DNA from: Dicyema japonicum
Lineage: Eukaryota > Animalia > Dicyemida
Assembly (NCBI GenBank): GCA_011109175.1
Contig: RDEW01000002.1
Coordinates: 1,904,834-1,968,833, forward strand
Reading direction: 5' to 3'
Length of the DNA: 64,000 bases
Part shown: positions 53,200 to 64,000 of the stretch, in pieces
Layout: each line of letters starts with the position of its first letter
How positions within the stretch are numbered: the first letter of the stretch is position 1
Translations under genes and position numbers: made by a program
Notes under the pieces: model-generated
Database searches by the model: none
The model's input: only the letters and a program-made list of their open reading frames with translations
What the model was told of the DNA's origin: nothing

Positions 53200-53511
53200 T
53201 AATAATAATAAAGCCTTTTCACGAGAGCCATAGTATTTATATCTCCGCATAGGTAGGACACACTTTATTTAAGTAAAGAACAGTTAATTTTAACTAATCG
53301 TAGAACCAAGGAATCATCTTCACTTCTTTTTTCTTTTTCTTGTGTGAGTGTCCTTTCTAGACAATCCAGTTCCGCAGTGAGTATCCACTGATGACGGCGT
53401 CACTCGTCAAACCCTTTCTGCATCGTAGATGCGTGGAACCTTCCACCAGGTGAACAGCAGCAAGATTCGAACCCGTAGCCTAAGCCCGACAACTAACCAC
53501 TATGCCACAAC
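53200..53511 (-). mobile_element. tRNA-derived SINE, copy 2 (312 bp, complete)
   Basis: A box TGGCATAGTGG, B box GGTTCGAATC, (TTA)n tail. 14-bp TSD TCGACTG(A/G)GCCTAA at 53186-53199 and 53512-53525. Confidence 0.9.
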
Positions 53512-53610
53512 TCGACTGGGCCTAAGAATTTTTTGTGTCAAAAAACAGTCATTCTCTCAGTTATTTATGATTATTATTTATAAAAATTAATAATTGTTTT
53601 AAATAATATA

Positions 53611-54209
53611 ATGGTCTTGTGTTGTTGTTAAAAGTAGAAAATAGGACTTGAATTTTCGTTCGAATTGGAGAATGTAAGCAAAATTGTGGTCCCAGATGAC
53701 TATGACTGGCACATTAGGATTAAATGTACTTCCTGTGAGGAAAAATCTGAAAACGGACATTTCATAAAAGTAAACCAGAATGTAAATTATCACCAATTAT
53801 TTGAGAATATACAAAAACTGGCCCAGGAACGTGATTGGTCGTGCAATCTCGTCATGTCTTGTAAATTTTGCAGAAAACGGATCACCGTGGGTAACCGGTA
53901 GTTATAACCAAGACATCGACCCCGATAGTATCATCCCTTATAGTTATGATAATAACGGAAACTTTCAGACGGTGGTAAAATTCCAACTCAGGGGAGCAGA
54001 TTTGATCGAATTTAAATTTAGAGTTTATGGTGGATATTCAATTTAGGGAGATTTTGTTGTGGTTTCTGAGGGAGGGACTGTCTTTGAAGAAGTCTTGTTG
54101 GAAGATGGGGTAAAATTGGATTTAATTGTAGGAATGGGCTTCGTATGACGAAGAGTTCAACCAGACTGTGTTAGTCATGAATGCTAAATGGAGATTTATT
54201 TCTGTATAA
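53611..54209 (+). CDS. CZIB: CXXC motif-containing zinc-binding protein (UPF0587/C1orf123), 6 exons
   Basis: M-KIGLEF..ELENV, IKCTSCEE, CKFCRK, FQTVVKFQLRG, EWASYDE; five GT-AG introns of 22-24 nt give an open frame. Confidence 0.92.
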
Positions 54210-54229
54210 TTTTTAAATTGGTATTGTCC

Positions 54230-57200
54230 TCAGTCATATATTTTTGTGATAAACTCGGAAAATAATTTAGTATAAAGTCTGGTTATTGTCAACGTCCAGT
54301 GTTTTTAGCCTTTATGGTTTTAATAATTATATTCGCCAGCCCCAACCGAGTTGTCATATAAAATTCATTTTCTTCGTCCTCAAGACAGCAATTAAAACTA
54401 TTTTTAGGCCCTGTCTCCACAATTTGTCAAAGTGCTCGATTGCGGATAGCTTCAATAAGGAGGATCGTGAAATCTGCATTGCCTACGAAGGACTTGCATA
54501 CGTCATCATGGGTCGGATAAATTGTTCATAAATCATGGCAAGGCTACCAGTATGTCTCAGTATGTCACTTTTAAAATTCTCATTTTCCTCAGAGCAGAAG
54601 TTACTATGTTCTCAAGATAAAGGTGACTCCCAGAATCTTCGGTGTTTGTTAATAAAAATAGCCTCGTTCATCATAAAGATTTTTGGTTCGACACAGAGCT
54701 GTCTTTGGTAAGTGGTAAACAGCGTGACAAAGGACTTTGTTGCTGATGCGTCGACTCTCCGCTTCGAGAGCCATAGTTCCAGCTTGTCAAGCATTTGTTG
54801 GACTGAGTCGCTGATTGAATGCTTCTGTCCTTGGAAGCAAGAATGATATCGTCGACATAGGAGAGGATTAGACAGTTTTCATTACAGGTTTGTGGCATGT
54901 CGTTTATGTAGAGATTGAAAAAAGATGTCGATGGTAGGGATCCTTGAGGGACTCCATTTGGTATGAGACGGGATTTTGATTTTATGTTATTGCAAATCAC
55001 TTGTCCACGTCTCCACTTGAGAAGTTGGCAATCCATAGTTTTATGTTTGGGTGGATGCATGTATCGTAAATTTTCTCAGTAAGGAGTTTTCTTGAGACTG
55101 TTTCGAGAGCCTTTGTTACATCAACAAAGACCAAGACTGTTCGTTGGTGTGGTTTAGTGAAATTGAATCCCTCCGCAATAAACTGGCACAGGGACGTTAG
55201 GTATGTTGCAGTGGAGTGTTTAGCCTGGAATCCTTGTTGGAAGGGAGAGAGCGGGATGTAGTCTTTGATATTTATGAACATAGGATCGAGATTGGTCTGT
55301 AGGAAAAGGGGTCATTTTCGGATTTTCCTGGGGTCATCGGTTTGATTGATGATCTCTTCCAGACATACGGAATAGTGTTCATATTTATTGATATTGTGAA
55401 ATGTAGCGATTAAATCTAAAGCAAGAGGTTCTAGATGCTTTAGTTTAGAAATATTTCTGGACCTCGGTCTTTGGAGTTTCGGGTTTTTGATATTCCCACT
55501 GGACGTCCTTCGCCGTAAATATGGTCCGCACGTATGATCCTTCGGTTTTATTCGTTTAAGAGTACTTGGTGTTCTTTGGAATGGTTTTATGTGCTATGGA
55601 AGCATAGTAATTCATTGAGGTGTTTGGTTTGCAATGATATCCCATTTTGCGGTTCATCAAAAGACCTTTTGATAGACTTGATTTTGTTCCAGACCTTCTG
55701 TACTGACGGATTTTCTGTTAGAGCTTTTGATAGTTCTGTCCAGCTTTTCTCGTTTTTTACTGATATATTTGTTAATCTCCTTGTTTAGTGTACGAATTCT
55801 TATTATATCTCCTTCGACGGTATGTTCTTTTTCTTTAGTTTCTTTCTTTGACTAAATGTTTGGCTGTTGAATTGAATCGCCTGTTCGTCGGTTGTCTTCC
55901 CATTTTCTAGCTTCTTGACTGAGCGAAGAGAACTGCTTTATGATGTTGTTTAATGATGATGCAGCATGTAGTTTTGATGACTTGATCTGCATGTCAATAC
56001 TGACGGATTTTCTTTTAGGGCTTTTGATAGTTCTGTCCAGCTTGCAAATCTTTGCCAGTCGCCTGTTCGTCGGATGTCTTCCCATTTTCTAGCTTCTTGA
56101 CTGAGCGAAGAGAACTGCTTTATGATGTTGTTTACTGATGAGGCAGCATGTAGTTTTGATGACTTGATCTGCATGTCAATACTGACGGATTTTCTTTTAG
56201 GGCTTTTGATTGTTCTGTCCAGCTTGCAAATCTTTGCCAGTCAGCGAGGTTATAATTTATCAAAGTAGGGAATGACCCTTAATTTGATCTTGTTTTTATT
56301 TGTAAAATGATCGGATTATGATCACTCATCGTTTCGTATTTCACTCTCCATGAAATTGAAGAAGCCGGAAGGGAAGACGCGATTGAAACGTCAGGAAATG
56401 ATGGTCTAGCATTTTGTCTTGGGGGTTCTTGTGTGAAAATTAGGGTCGTTTAGGATGCAAAATGTTCCCAAGTATTCGATTAGCATGTCTCCCCGTCTGA
56501 TTGACGTCTGACCTCTCAACCAGAGCGGGTGTTTTGTATTTAGGTCACCGCAAAGAAGAACGTCCTTTAGTGAGCTGATCGACGAAAGTTTCGGGCAAGT
56601 GGCTGATGATAAAAAATAGATATGAATTGATCAGAGTAAGACGTAACTTTGGGAGTTGGATTTTTGTGGCCAGAATAGAGCGGGTGTTTTGTATTTAGGT
56701 CACCGCAAAGAAGAACGTCCTTTAGTGAGCTGATCGACGAAAGTTTCGGGCAAGTGGCTGATGATAAAAAATAGATATGAATTGATCAGAGTAAGACGTA
56801 ACTTTGGGAGTTGGATTTTTGTGGCCAGAATTTCGATACTTTTATGGTTTTGGAGACGGTTGTAGACGTATTTGGTGATATCTTCATAAGGGATCCCGTT
56901 TTGTATGATAGTTAGTAACCCTCCCCCAAGTTTTCCACATCTATCTTTGGGGACAACTGAGTATCCAGGAAATTTTGGAATTATGTTCGCACTTCTGAGT
57001 TTGGATTCTTGTAATAGAAGGACGTCAATTCTAGATTTTTCCATAATGTCTCTGACTTCGATGATCTTATATCTCATCCCGTGTATATTCATTTGCATGG
57101 TCTTTAAAGGTCCGGGGTTCGATTCGACGCCCCCACATAGAGACAGTCCGTCCTTGTAACCTAGGGCAGTGTAACTCTTTTCTTTAAAATGTCTCCAGTT

Positions 57201-57255
57201 TGGTGAGTTACGTGACATCCAACCAACCACAAAACACGGCGTTTGTAGAGTCTTC
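54230..57255 (-). mobile_element. Near-complete degenerate APE-RT LINE (Jockey/I-like) with an N-terminal 2A-like motif and two internal tandem duplications
   Basis: ESNPGP-LKTMQMNIHG..LLQESK (APE); QQGFQAKHSTAT, GVPQGS, YVDD, FIRPMMTYASP (RT and C-terminus). Confidence 0.8.
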
Positions 57256-57256
57256 T

Positions 57257-59545
57257 TTTATTATTATAGGCACGTACGCGATGCCAAGATCATGACAAAG
57301 CATGTGCAACACGAAAAGTTAACAATCTAATTAACGTCGCCCATCTTTTTCGATCCGTTGCCATGTTCCGTAGCATATCTAGATCGTCCCAATCTTTAAG
57401 GCACTTTCCAATCCTCTTGAGATCTTCATCTAGAATAACCGGCAGTGTTGTTCTCTGACGGCCTCGGAAACAAGAAGCTTCTAAGACAAAATACTCCTCC
57501 ATTGCTATGTTGGCAGGGGTTCCCATATCGTGGCGGAGTATGTGTCCAAAGAGCCTCCATCTTGAATCAGTAATATCACATGATATTGGCTTAGTTCCTG
57601 TTCTCTTGTATAAGATTTCGGACGGCATTTTGAAAAAGCTTCGAGAAGAAAGGAGTGCTTGGAGATGATTTCTGTGAAAAAAATTCAACTTTTCGAGTTC
57701 CTGCCCTGTACATGCCCATGTACCGGCATTATATAATAGAATTGGGCTCACTAGGGCATTGTATAGTCTCATTCGAGTTTTAGGGTCAAGCCCTTTGTGC
57801 AGAAGCCAGGTCTCTTCATTTTGTTGAAAGCGACATTGGTTAGTGTCTTCCTTCGTGCTATATCTTGTGTCACCGAGTAGGGACCCTAGTTTTTTTGATC
57901 TACGCCAGTGCTCGTCGGTCCTTTCCTCACTTCTTTTTAGCTTTGTGATTTCGGTTTTGTTTGTGTTTACTTTTAATGACCACTCAGCCATTTTATCAGG
58001 CATTTTCTCCAAAAGTGCAATTANTTTAGGGTCAAGCCCTTTGTGCAGAAGCCAGGTCTCTTCATTTTGTTGAAAGCGACATTAGTTAGTGTCTTCCTTC
58101 GTGTTATATCTTCTGTGTCACCGAGAAGGGATCCTAGTTTTTTTGATCTACGCCAGTGCTTGTCGGTCCTTTCCTCACTTCTTTTTAGCTTCGTGATTTC
58201 GGTTTTGTTTGTGTTTACTTTTAATGACCACTCAGCCATTTTATCAGGCATTTTCTCCAAAAGTGCAATTAACTTTTTTTTGTTATTCGAAATAAAGTCC
58301 ACGTCGTCCGCATATGCTATTGTTCCTTCTCTGATATGAGGCTTCAAGTCTCGTAGAGCTGCCTCCAGATAAATAATGAACAAAATCGGGGATAATGGAT
58401 CTCCTTGAGGGGTACCAATTGTCGTTTCAAATGTCCTCGATAAAGCTTTCCCAGTCCTGACCATCAAACTCGTGTCCGTCAAGAGTGTCTTTACCATCCT
58501 AATCGTTGAGCTTTCCAAGAAGTGCTCCAGTATTTGCAGCAGCTTGTTCCTGTTGACGGAATCAAAGGCCTTTGACATATCAATCCCCAGAATGGTTGTC
58601 GTTATTTTAAATTTTTGAACAGTCGCACTTCTCCATTTGTGGCTCCATATAACATCTGACGTTGATCTCTTGCGGAAGCCACTTTGATAAGCCGACAGGT
58701 ACGGGTCTAGGCGTCCCTCCATTCTTTGAAGCGTAATATTGGCTAGTATCTTCCGTAATGTGTTGGTTAATACCACTGGTCTTAGGTTCTCAACTTTCCC
58801 CGATTTTTTGTTTGGCTTCTGTACTGGTATCAATAGTCCTTCTCAAGTGGCTCCTTTACTATACATTTCGTTTAGAATCCAGGCAATTATCATGTATAGC
58901 TTTTGAGTTCCATATTTGAAAAATTCACCATTTAAGCCATCTGGGTTGGGACTCTTATTGTCCGTCAGTTTGAAACTTGCTGTCATCACTTCTTCCAAAG
59001 TTATTTCTTCGTCTAATTTTCCCTGATCCGTGTTAATGATGAGTTTTGTGCCATTTTTTGATACGAATTGTGCTTCAAAAAAATCCGCTATAAATTCTGC
59101 AATTTCTTGTTGGTTAGCAATATGTTTTCCTTTTTCATCTCGTAAAATCAGTGTTTTCCTTGGTAGTTTTCTGATTTGTCCGACAGCTTCATAAAACTTC
59201 GCATTGTCTTTAAGGCCTTCGATTTTCTCTATTTTTGTTATTGTTTCGTTCTTTAATATTCAACGTGCAGCTTTTCTTATTTTCTTTTTGATGACTGTTC
59301 TTTCCTTTTGTAGCCGCTGTTTCGTATTTTTGTCATCTGTATTTAGACATTGTATCCATATCGCCTTTTGTTGATTTGCAAAGAGTTTCAAAGCGGTTGC
59401 TTCTTCAGTGGGTATTTTAGTTACGTAGTCCTCTTTCAGGTTACGTAGTCCTATATATCCGCAGCAATCATGATCTTCTGTTTGACCAAGGTCCACGCAA
59501 TTTGCGGTGCCAAATCTACTGATATTTCTTCCAATCCCTCATCGA
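57257..59545 (-). mobile_element. RTE-like LINE, 5' end lost in the assembly gap
   Basis: LGIDMSKAFD, GTPQGDPLSP, AYADDVD, RGRQRTTLP; (TAA)n tail at ~57257-57267. ~250 bp duplicated across the N at 58024. Confidence 0.9.
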
Positions 59546-59649
59546 NNNNNNNNNNNNNNNNNNNNNNNNNNNNNNNNNNNNNNNNNNNNNNNNNNNNNNN
59601 NNNNNNNNNNNNNNNNNNNNNNNNNNNNNNNNNNNNNNNNNNNNNNNNN
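59546..59649. other. Assembly gap
   Basis: Run of N. Confidence 1.
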
Positions 59650-59689
59650 TATTTAATAGCTGCTGGCCTCCTACAAGTTAGTGAGGCAA

Positions 59690-60900
59690 GGGTTACTTAA
59701 CTAACTAACCTCTATTCCTGTATAGGTGTGTTCACTCAACATTCAGAGATTATCCTAGGTTGACATTCCATGCCGTCTTACTTCTCACCAGGCATCGATC
59801 CTCCATGTCTCTCTTCAGCTTGCATACTCTGCCGAGTTTTCCTTAGCAATTGCGTTTGTATAAAAGCTTTGACACTCTCCTCCACTTTGAGGGCATCCAG
59901 GTGGCATTTGAAGAATCTGGGGACAATTCCATACCAGGTGATGTCCACAGGGATTATTTTCACCTTAGCCCTATGAATAATTTCAAGTTCGTTCGCCAGT
60001 AGGTCATACTTGTGGAACTTTTTTACTTCAAAGTGATCCCACTTTTAACAAAAGTAATCGCATTTTTTGTCTTATCAAAACGAAAAAGTAGGGTTTGTTG
60101 TTCGTTACAGCCGTCCGTATCCGTCTCCACAAATTCATTTGCGACAACAGATCATACTGTATGAGTCTTGAGTTTCTTAGTTTTATTATTCTATATGACG
60201 GCAAAGATATAGGTGTTAACATCTGACCACTTCGTTATGCCGCCTGAGATGTGAGCTATTCAGCATTCTCCCACACCTAGTTGCAAGGTGATCGACGTTC
60301 TTTTTTGCTGAGTTACAATGTCCGCAATTAGTTTCTCCGTATCAAAAAACATGCTACGATCCTGAAATAGACACAGCCTTCTCTCGGTTATAGGAAAGTG
60401 ATTTTCATGCACTAGCTATCCAGAGGACTCAGCAATATTTACTTCGATGTCTTTCAAACACTGAAATAAAATAGAGTGCAGAGGTTTTTTCTCAATTTTT
60501 TTCAATAAAGATCATGCTGTATTTCCATCAATTTCGACAGGTCCTTCACATTTTCAATGTTGTACTTTCGGGAAATAAATTCTACGATAAGTGTGTTTTC
60601 TTTGAATTAATGACCCGTCGTATTCCCGCTGTTCTTAGGCAGTAATTTGCCTTATGTTCCAAGTCACCATAAAATCGGAGGAGCATTCGTTCTGCTTTGC
60701 TACTGACAGACTCGAGACATCTTCCAAATTTATTTCTTGGCAGATAAAGTCTTTCTTTGTTCGTCGGTTGCAAGTGAATATGTCGCGAGCACTGAAAGTG
60801 ATGACTTGACAGGTGGCAACATCTGTCATGATCAGGGTTGTTAAAAATCTTGATTTTTATGAAAAAAAGGTTCCCATTCAAAATGGCCTCCGATAAATTT
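59690..60900 (-). mobile_element. R4-like LINE 3' half (RT C-terminus, CCHC, RLE), degenerate
   Basis: ERLYLPRNKFGRCL, DHLATRC..RRHNEVVRC, KYDLLANEL..KIIPV.ITW.G. Confidence 0.75.
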
Positions 60901-61099
60901 TTTCAGGTTTTGGATAAGTTCATCAATAAACATCACGAGATATTTTACCAAGGTCCTCGACATCTTTAGGTAAAAAAGTCATCTTTTTTAAATCTTATAA
61001 AAATTGATTTTAAGGGGTCCTATGGCTAAGTGGAACATTTTACCAAGGTCCTCGACATCTTTAGCTAAAAAAGTCATCTTTTTTAATATTTTTATATAA

Positions 61100-62200
61100 G
61101 TTTAAAATGAAATATTTATTTTCAAAAGAAAAAAAGGAAAATGATTATAAATGTTAATAGAACACATATTCTACTAAATTGAATATATATTCTGTCGGAT
61201 CCATATTAAGTAATATTTGTTCTTGAACAAATCTCAATATATTCTCAGATAAAGCGATATATTTAGTTTTTCTAAGAATTTTTTCTCCATTTTGTAATCT
61301 TAAGAATTTAATCATTATGCCTTCTTCTTTTATCAATTTCTTTACAAAATTTCTTGGCGTCTTGTTTAGTGTCCCAAATGTATTTCTAAAAACGTTGTGC
61401 CAGCCTTCAATTGAGTTATTTGTCCGAGGTAAGTCCTCATATAAATTATCCAGATTATTCCAATAATTAATTGGAAATTTTGGAATTAATGCATTTTCTT
61501 GATTTCCAATATAATTGATCGAAAAATATAATGGATTTAGAATTTCAGGAAAATCTGATCTCGACACTATCCAATCAAAAGTGTTCTTTACAGTATGTGT
61601 AGGAATATAGGAGAGGCATTTCAACAGTTTTACAAATCTATCGTTAATTTTAAATCACATTTAACCTATTTATATCTTCATTGTTTATGTCGTTGAAAAT
61701 TCCTAGTTCCAATATTTTTTATTAATATTTTGTCCTAGATGGAACATGCAGCAATTTATCCGTGCGTTTGGAAATGATTTTTGAAAAGAGTTTATTGCTC
61801 CTTTTTCAAAATCTGAGACAATAACTCTTGGTTCTAAATCCGGAATGAGACGTTTAATTATTTGAAGCATTGTGTCATATTCATTTTCAGTTTTTGATGT
61901 TAAAAGACAGAATATTATTGGAATTACATGGTGATTAATTATTACCGAGATTGTGAATAATTGCTTCCAAGGAAAAGGGCAGACAAAAAAAGTCCCATCA
62001 ATAGACCATATTTTATGATTTTTTAATGGTGTCGTCATTTCAGAATTAAAAAAATACCCATATTTGGTGAAAAGTGTACATATTGATTTTTCAGCGAAAA
62101 TAGTTAGTCGGTGGAAATATATTTTATATTTAGTCGGTGAAAATACATCAAAAGTGAACCCCGTCGACATTATCGACGTTGCGTTGCCTTTCACGATTGC
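61100..62200 (-). mobile_element. Mutator (MULE) transposase remnant
   Basis: IDGTFFVCP, IVSDFEKGAINS, CMFHLGQ, PRTNNSIEGWH. ~50-bp direct repeats at 60945 and 61038 beside it. Confidence 0.88.
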
Positions 62201-63518
62201 AACAGAGATCGATTAGCAGTCAACCAATCATAGATGGTGTTCAATCTCATCTGGGCGTTAGAGGCTGCAATTTGCGTCGATCGGTTCCGTATTGCAATTA
62301 TTGAGTCGTCTGCGTACAATAATAAAAAATTCCGTGTTCTTAATTTGATAGATTGAAAGGGGAAAAAATTGAAAAAAGTCGGAGAAAGCGAATACCGTAA
62401 TTTATTTATTTAAATACCCCAAGACAACGGTCAAAAATCGAAACTAACTATAAGTCCTCATCTTTGTCCAATCTTCCTCTCTCGATCCCACGCATGTACG
62501 TATTGGGCGGCTGTTTGCAGAAGTGCCTTGAGTCATTCCGGAATCTAGCCGCATGAGGACTTCCGGAAGAGTCAGTCCGGATCCATGTTCCCCAAAAGTC
62601 AATCACTTCCCGAGGTGAAAAAAGAAGTTTATTACAGAAGGCTTGGTTATCGATGTAAAGATGGCCTTCAACCCTGTTTCCTAACAAAAAATATATTTAG
62701 AATTTACATCCGACGTAAACTACCGGAGTCCCACAATGTTCCCCTTAGTATCCTATTTAACTCATTTCTACACGACTTTCCTAAGGTCTGGTTCCTATAA
62801 TCAAAATATTAAATCAAGGAATCCTTCTATATCTATGGTACAGAAAATACTAAGAAAAAATAAAAGAACTTATTTGCCTGCAAATGAATGAGATGTCTGG
62901 TTATACAGAAACACAACCTTCCGAATATGTTTTATCATTTTTCATCAAATTCAACATTTTGGTAATAATCCATAAAAATATCCTTTTAATTTTTATTTTA
63001 TGTCGATCACACGTATTCGATATGTGTGCAAGAGAAGGACGTCTAGAGTCTCCACCTCTAGAGTCTGCGGAGTCTGACATCGAATAGGAGAAGATGGGAG
63101 AGACTAGAATCTGGGATCATAAAAACGCGACAAGAATGTAATTAATATGATTCCTAATCTCTGTTATATAACAATTACATACCATTTTAGGTCATCAGAT
63201 CGGTGCATCATATTACTCTATTGTTTCAATGTCATTAGAGTATACCACAGACACCTACCACTTAAGAATAATACTTCTTTAGATGGAAGATAATCCTTTA
63301 CGATGTATTGTGGTTATCTAATTGTGATTACTCTCATCTCTTTGTAGATTCCGAGCTAGTGAATATTATTAGAATCTTCGAAGTAAATTTTTTCGTATTT
63401 CAAAGCTTAATTTTTAGAGTCGATAAAAAAAGGTGCCTTAAACTCCCTAAAAAACAAGTAAAACAATTCGCTAAGTTCAAATAAAGAGGACAAATGTTAA
63501 GACAATTTGTTAGTAAAG

Positions 63519-63889
63519 TCAGCAATCAAGGAACTCAGCAGCCATCAGGACATCAAGTAGAGAACTCGGATCGAGGGGGAAATCAGTGCTGATCCCAGTT
63601 TTGACGGCACTGGAGCAATATTGAAAGTAATCACAGACCTTATTTAAGACATGGGATCTAAGAAATGTAATTATGGGGGGAACGGTATATCCATGAAGAA
63701 AATTTCATTACTCTCACGTTCGGTAGAAAGAACTGGGCCATCCAACATTGCCTTAATTGTACCAGAACGGAGGGTATTCTTCCTTTTAATAATGAATTCA
63801 AAGTTATCATTGGAGATTAGTTTGATGTACATTGACTCTGACCCCTCAAGTCCTCCAATTTCGACATTGTCTTCGAAAAGTGTTGACAT
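63519..63889 (-). CDS. ELOC: Elongin C, 114 aa, one 26-nt intron (63658-63683)
   Basis: [33 protein letters not shown]...[12 protein letters not shown]...LMAAEFLDC*. Confidence 0.95.
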
Positions 63890-64000
63890 TAACAAGACCT
63901 AGATACGAATTTATTATTTATTCATTAGAATTTTTTAAATATTTTTAATTTTATTATTATAATTAATAATAACTAAATCCAGTAAATTATCATAAGACAA

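Noticed and set aside
53385-53420. CUGAUGA...AAAC hammerhead-like string in the SINE
   Set aside because: G12 is missing, there is no 10.1-11.1 pair, and it is antisense to the Pol III promoter.
57115-57130. B-box GGTTCGATTC suggesting a tRNA or SINE
   Set aside because: It is the reverse complement of the ESNP codons of the 2A motif; no A box or cloverleaf.
57777-58270. Tandem duplication inside the RTE
   Set aside because: The junction is a single N, so it is most likely an unmerged contig overlap of two alleles or copies.

Overview
AT-rich eukaryotic (metazoan-like) genomic DNA. No prokaryotic operons, CRISPR array, rRNA or intact tRNA were seen. Small host genes carry many tiny GT-AG introns (about 21 parsed by hand, 21-28 nt, mode 24), which suggests a reduced parasite such as a dicyemid (a myxozoan is the alternative; this is inference). 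Recognisable genes: stomatin, ADCK kinase, WRAP73, CZIB, Elongin C, OXLD1, an SH2 protein and a secreted two-ShK peptide. They sit among dense transposon relics: RTE, Jockey/I-like, CRE-like and R4-like LINEs, tRNA-SINEs, hAT, pogo/Tigger, MULE and rve integrase remnants. Most interesting: (1) a ~210-bp tandem array whose unit holds a ~100-nt three-hairpin module with pairing-preserving variants, split by a full-length RTE; (2) a dispersed repeat family with a covarying HDV-like pseudoknot topology; (3) a 2A/StopGo-like peptide in front of a LINE endonuclease. Frequent 1-2 nt indels in otherwise good ORFs, a single-N join and an N gap show assembly noise, so apparent frameshifts are unreliable. 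All identifications come from motif recognition by eye, not from searches.
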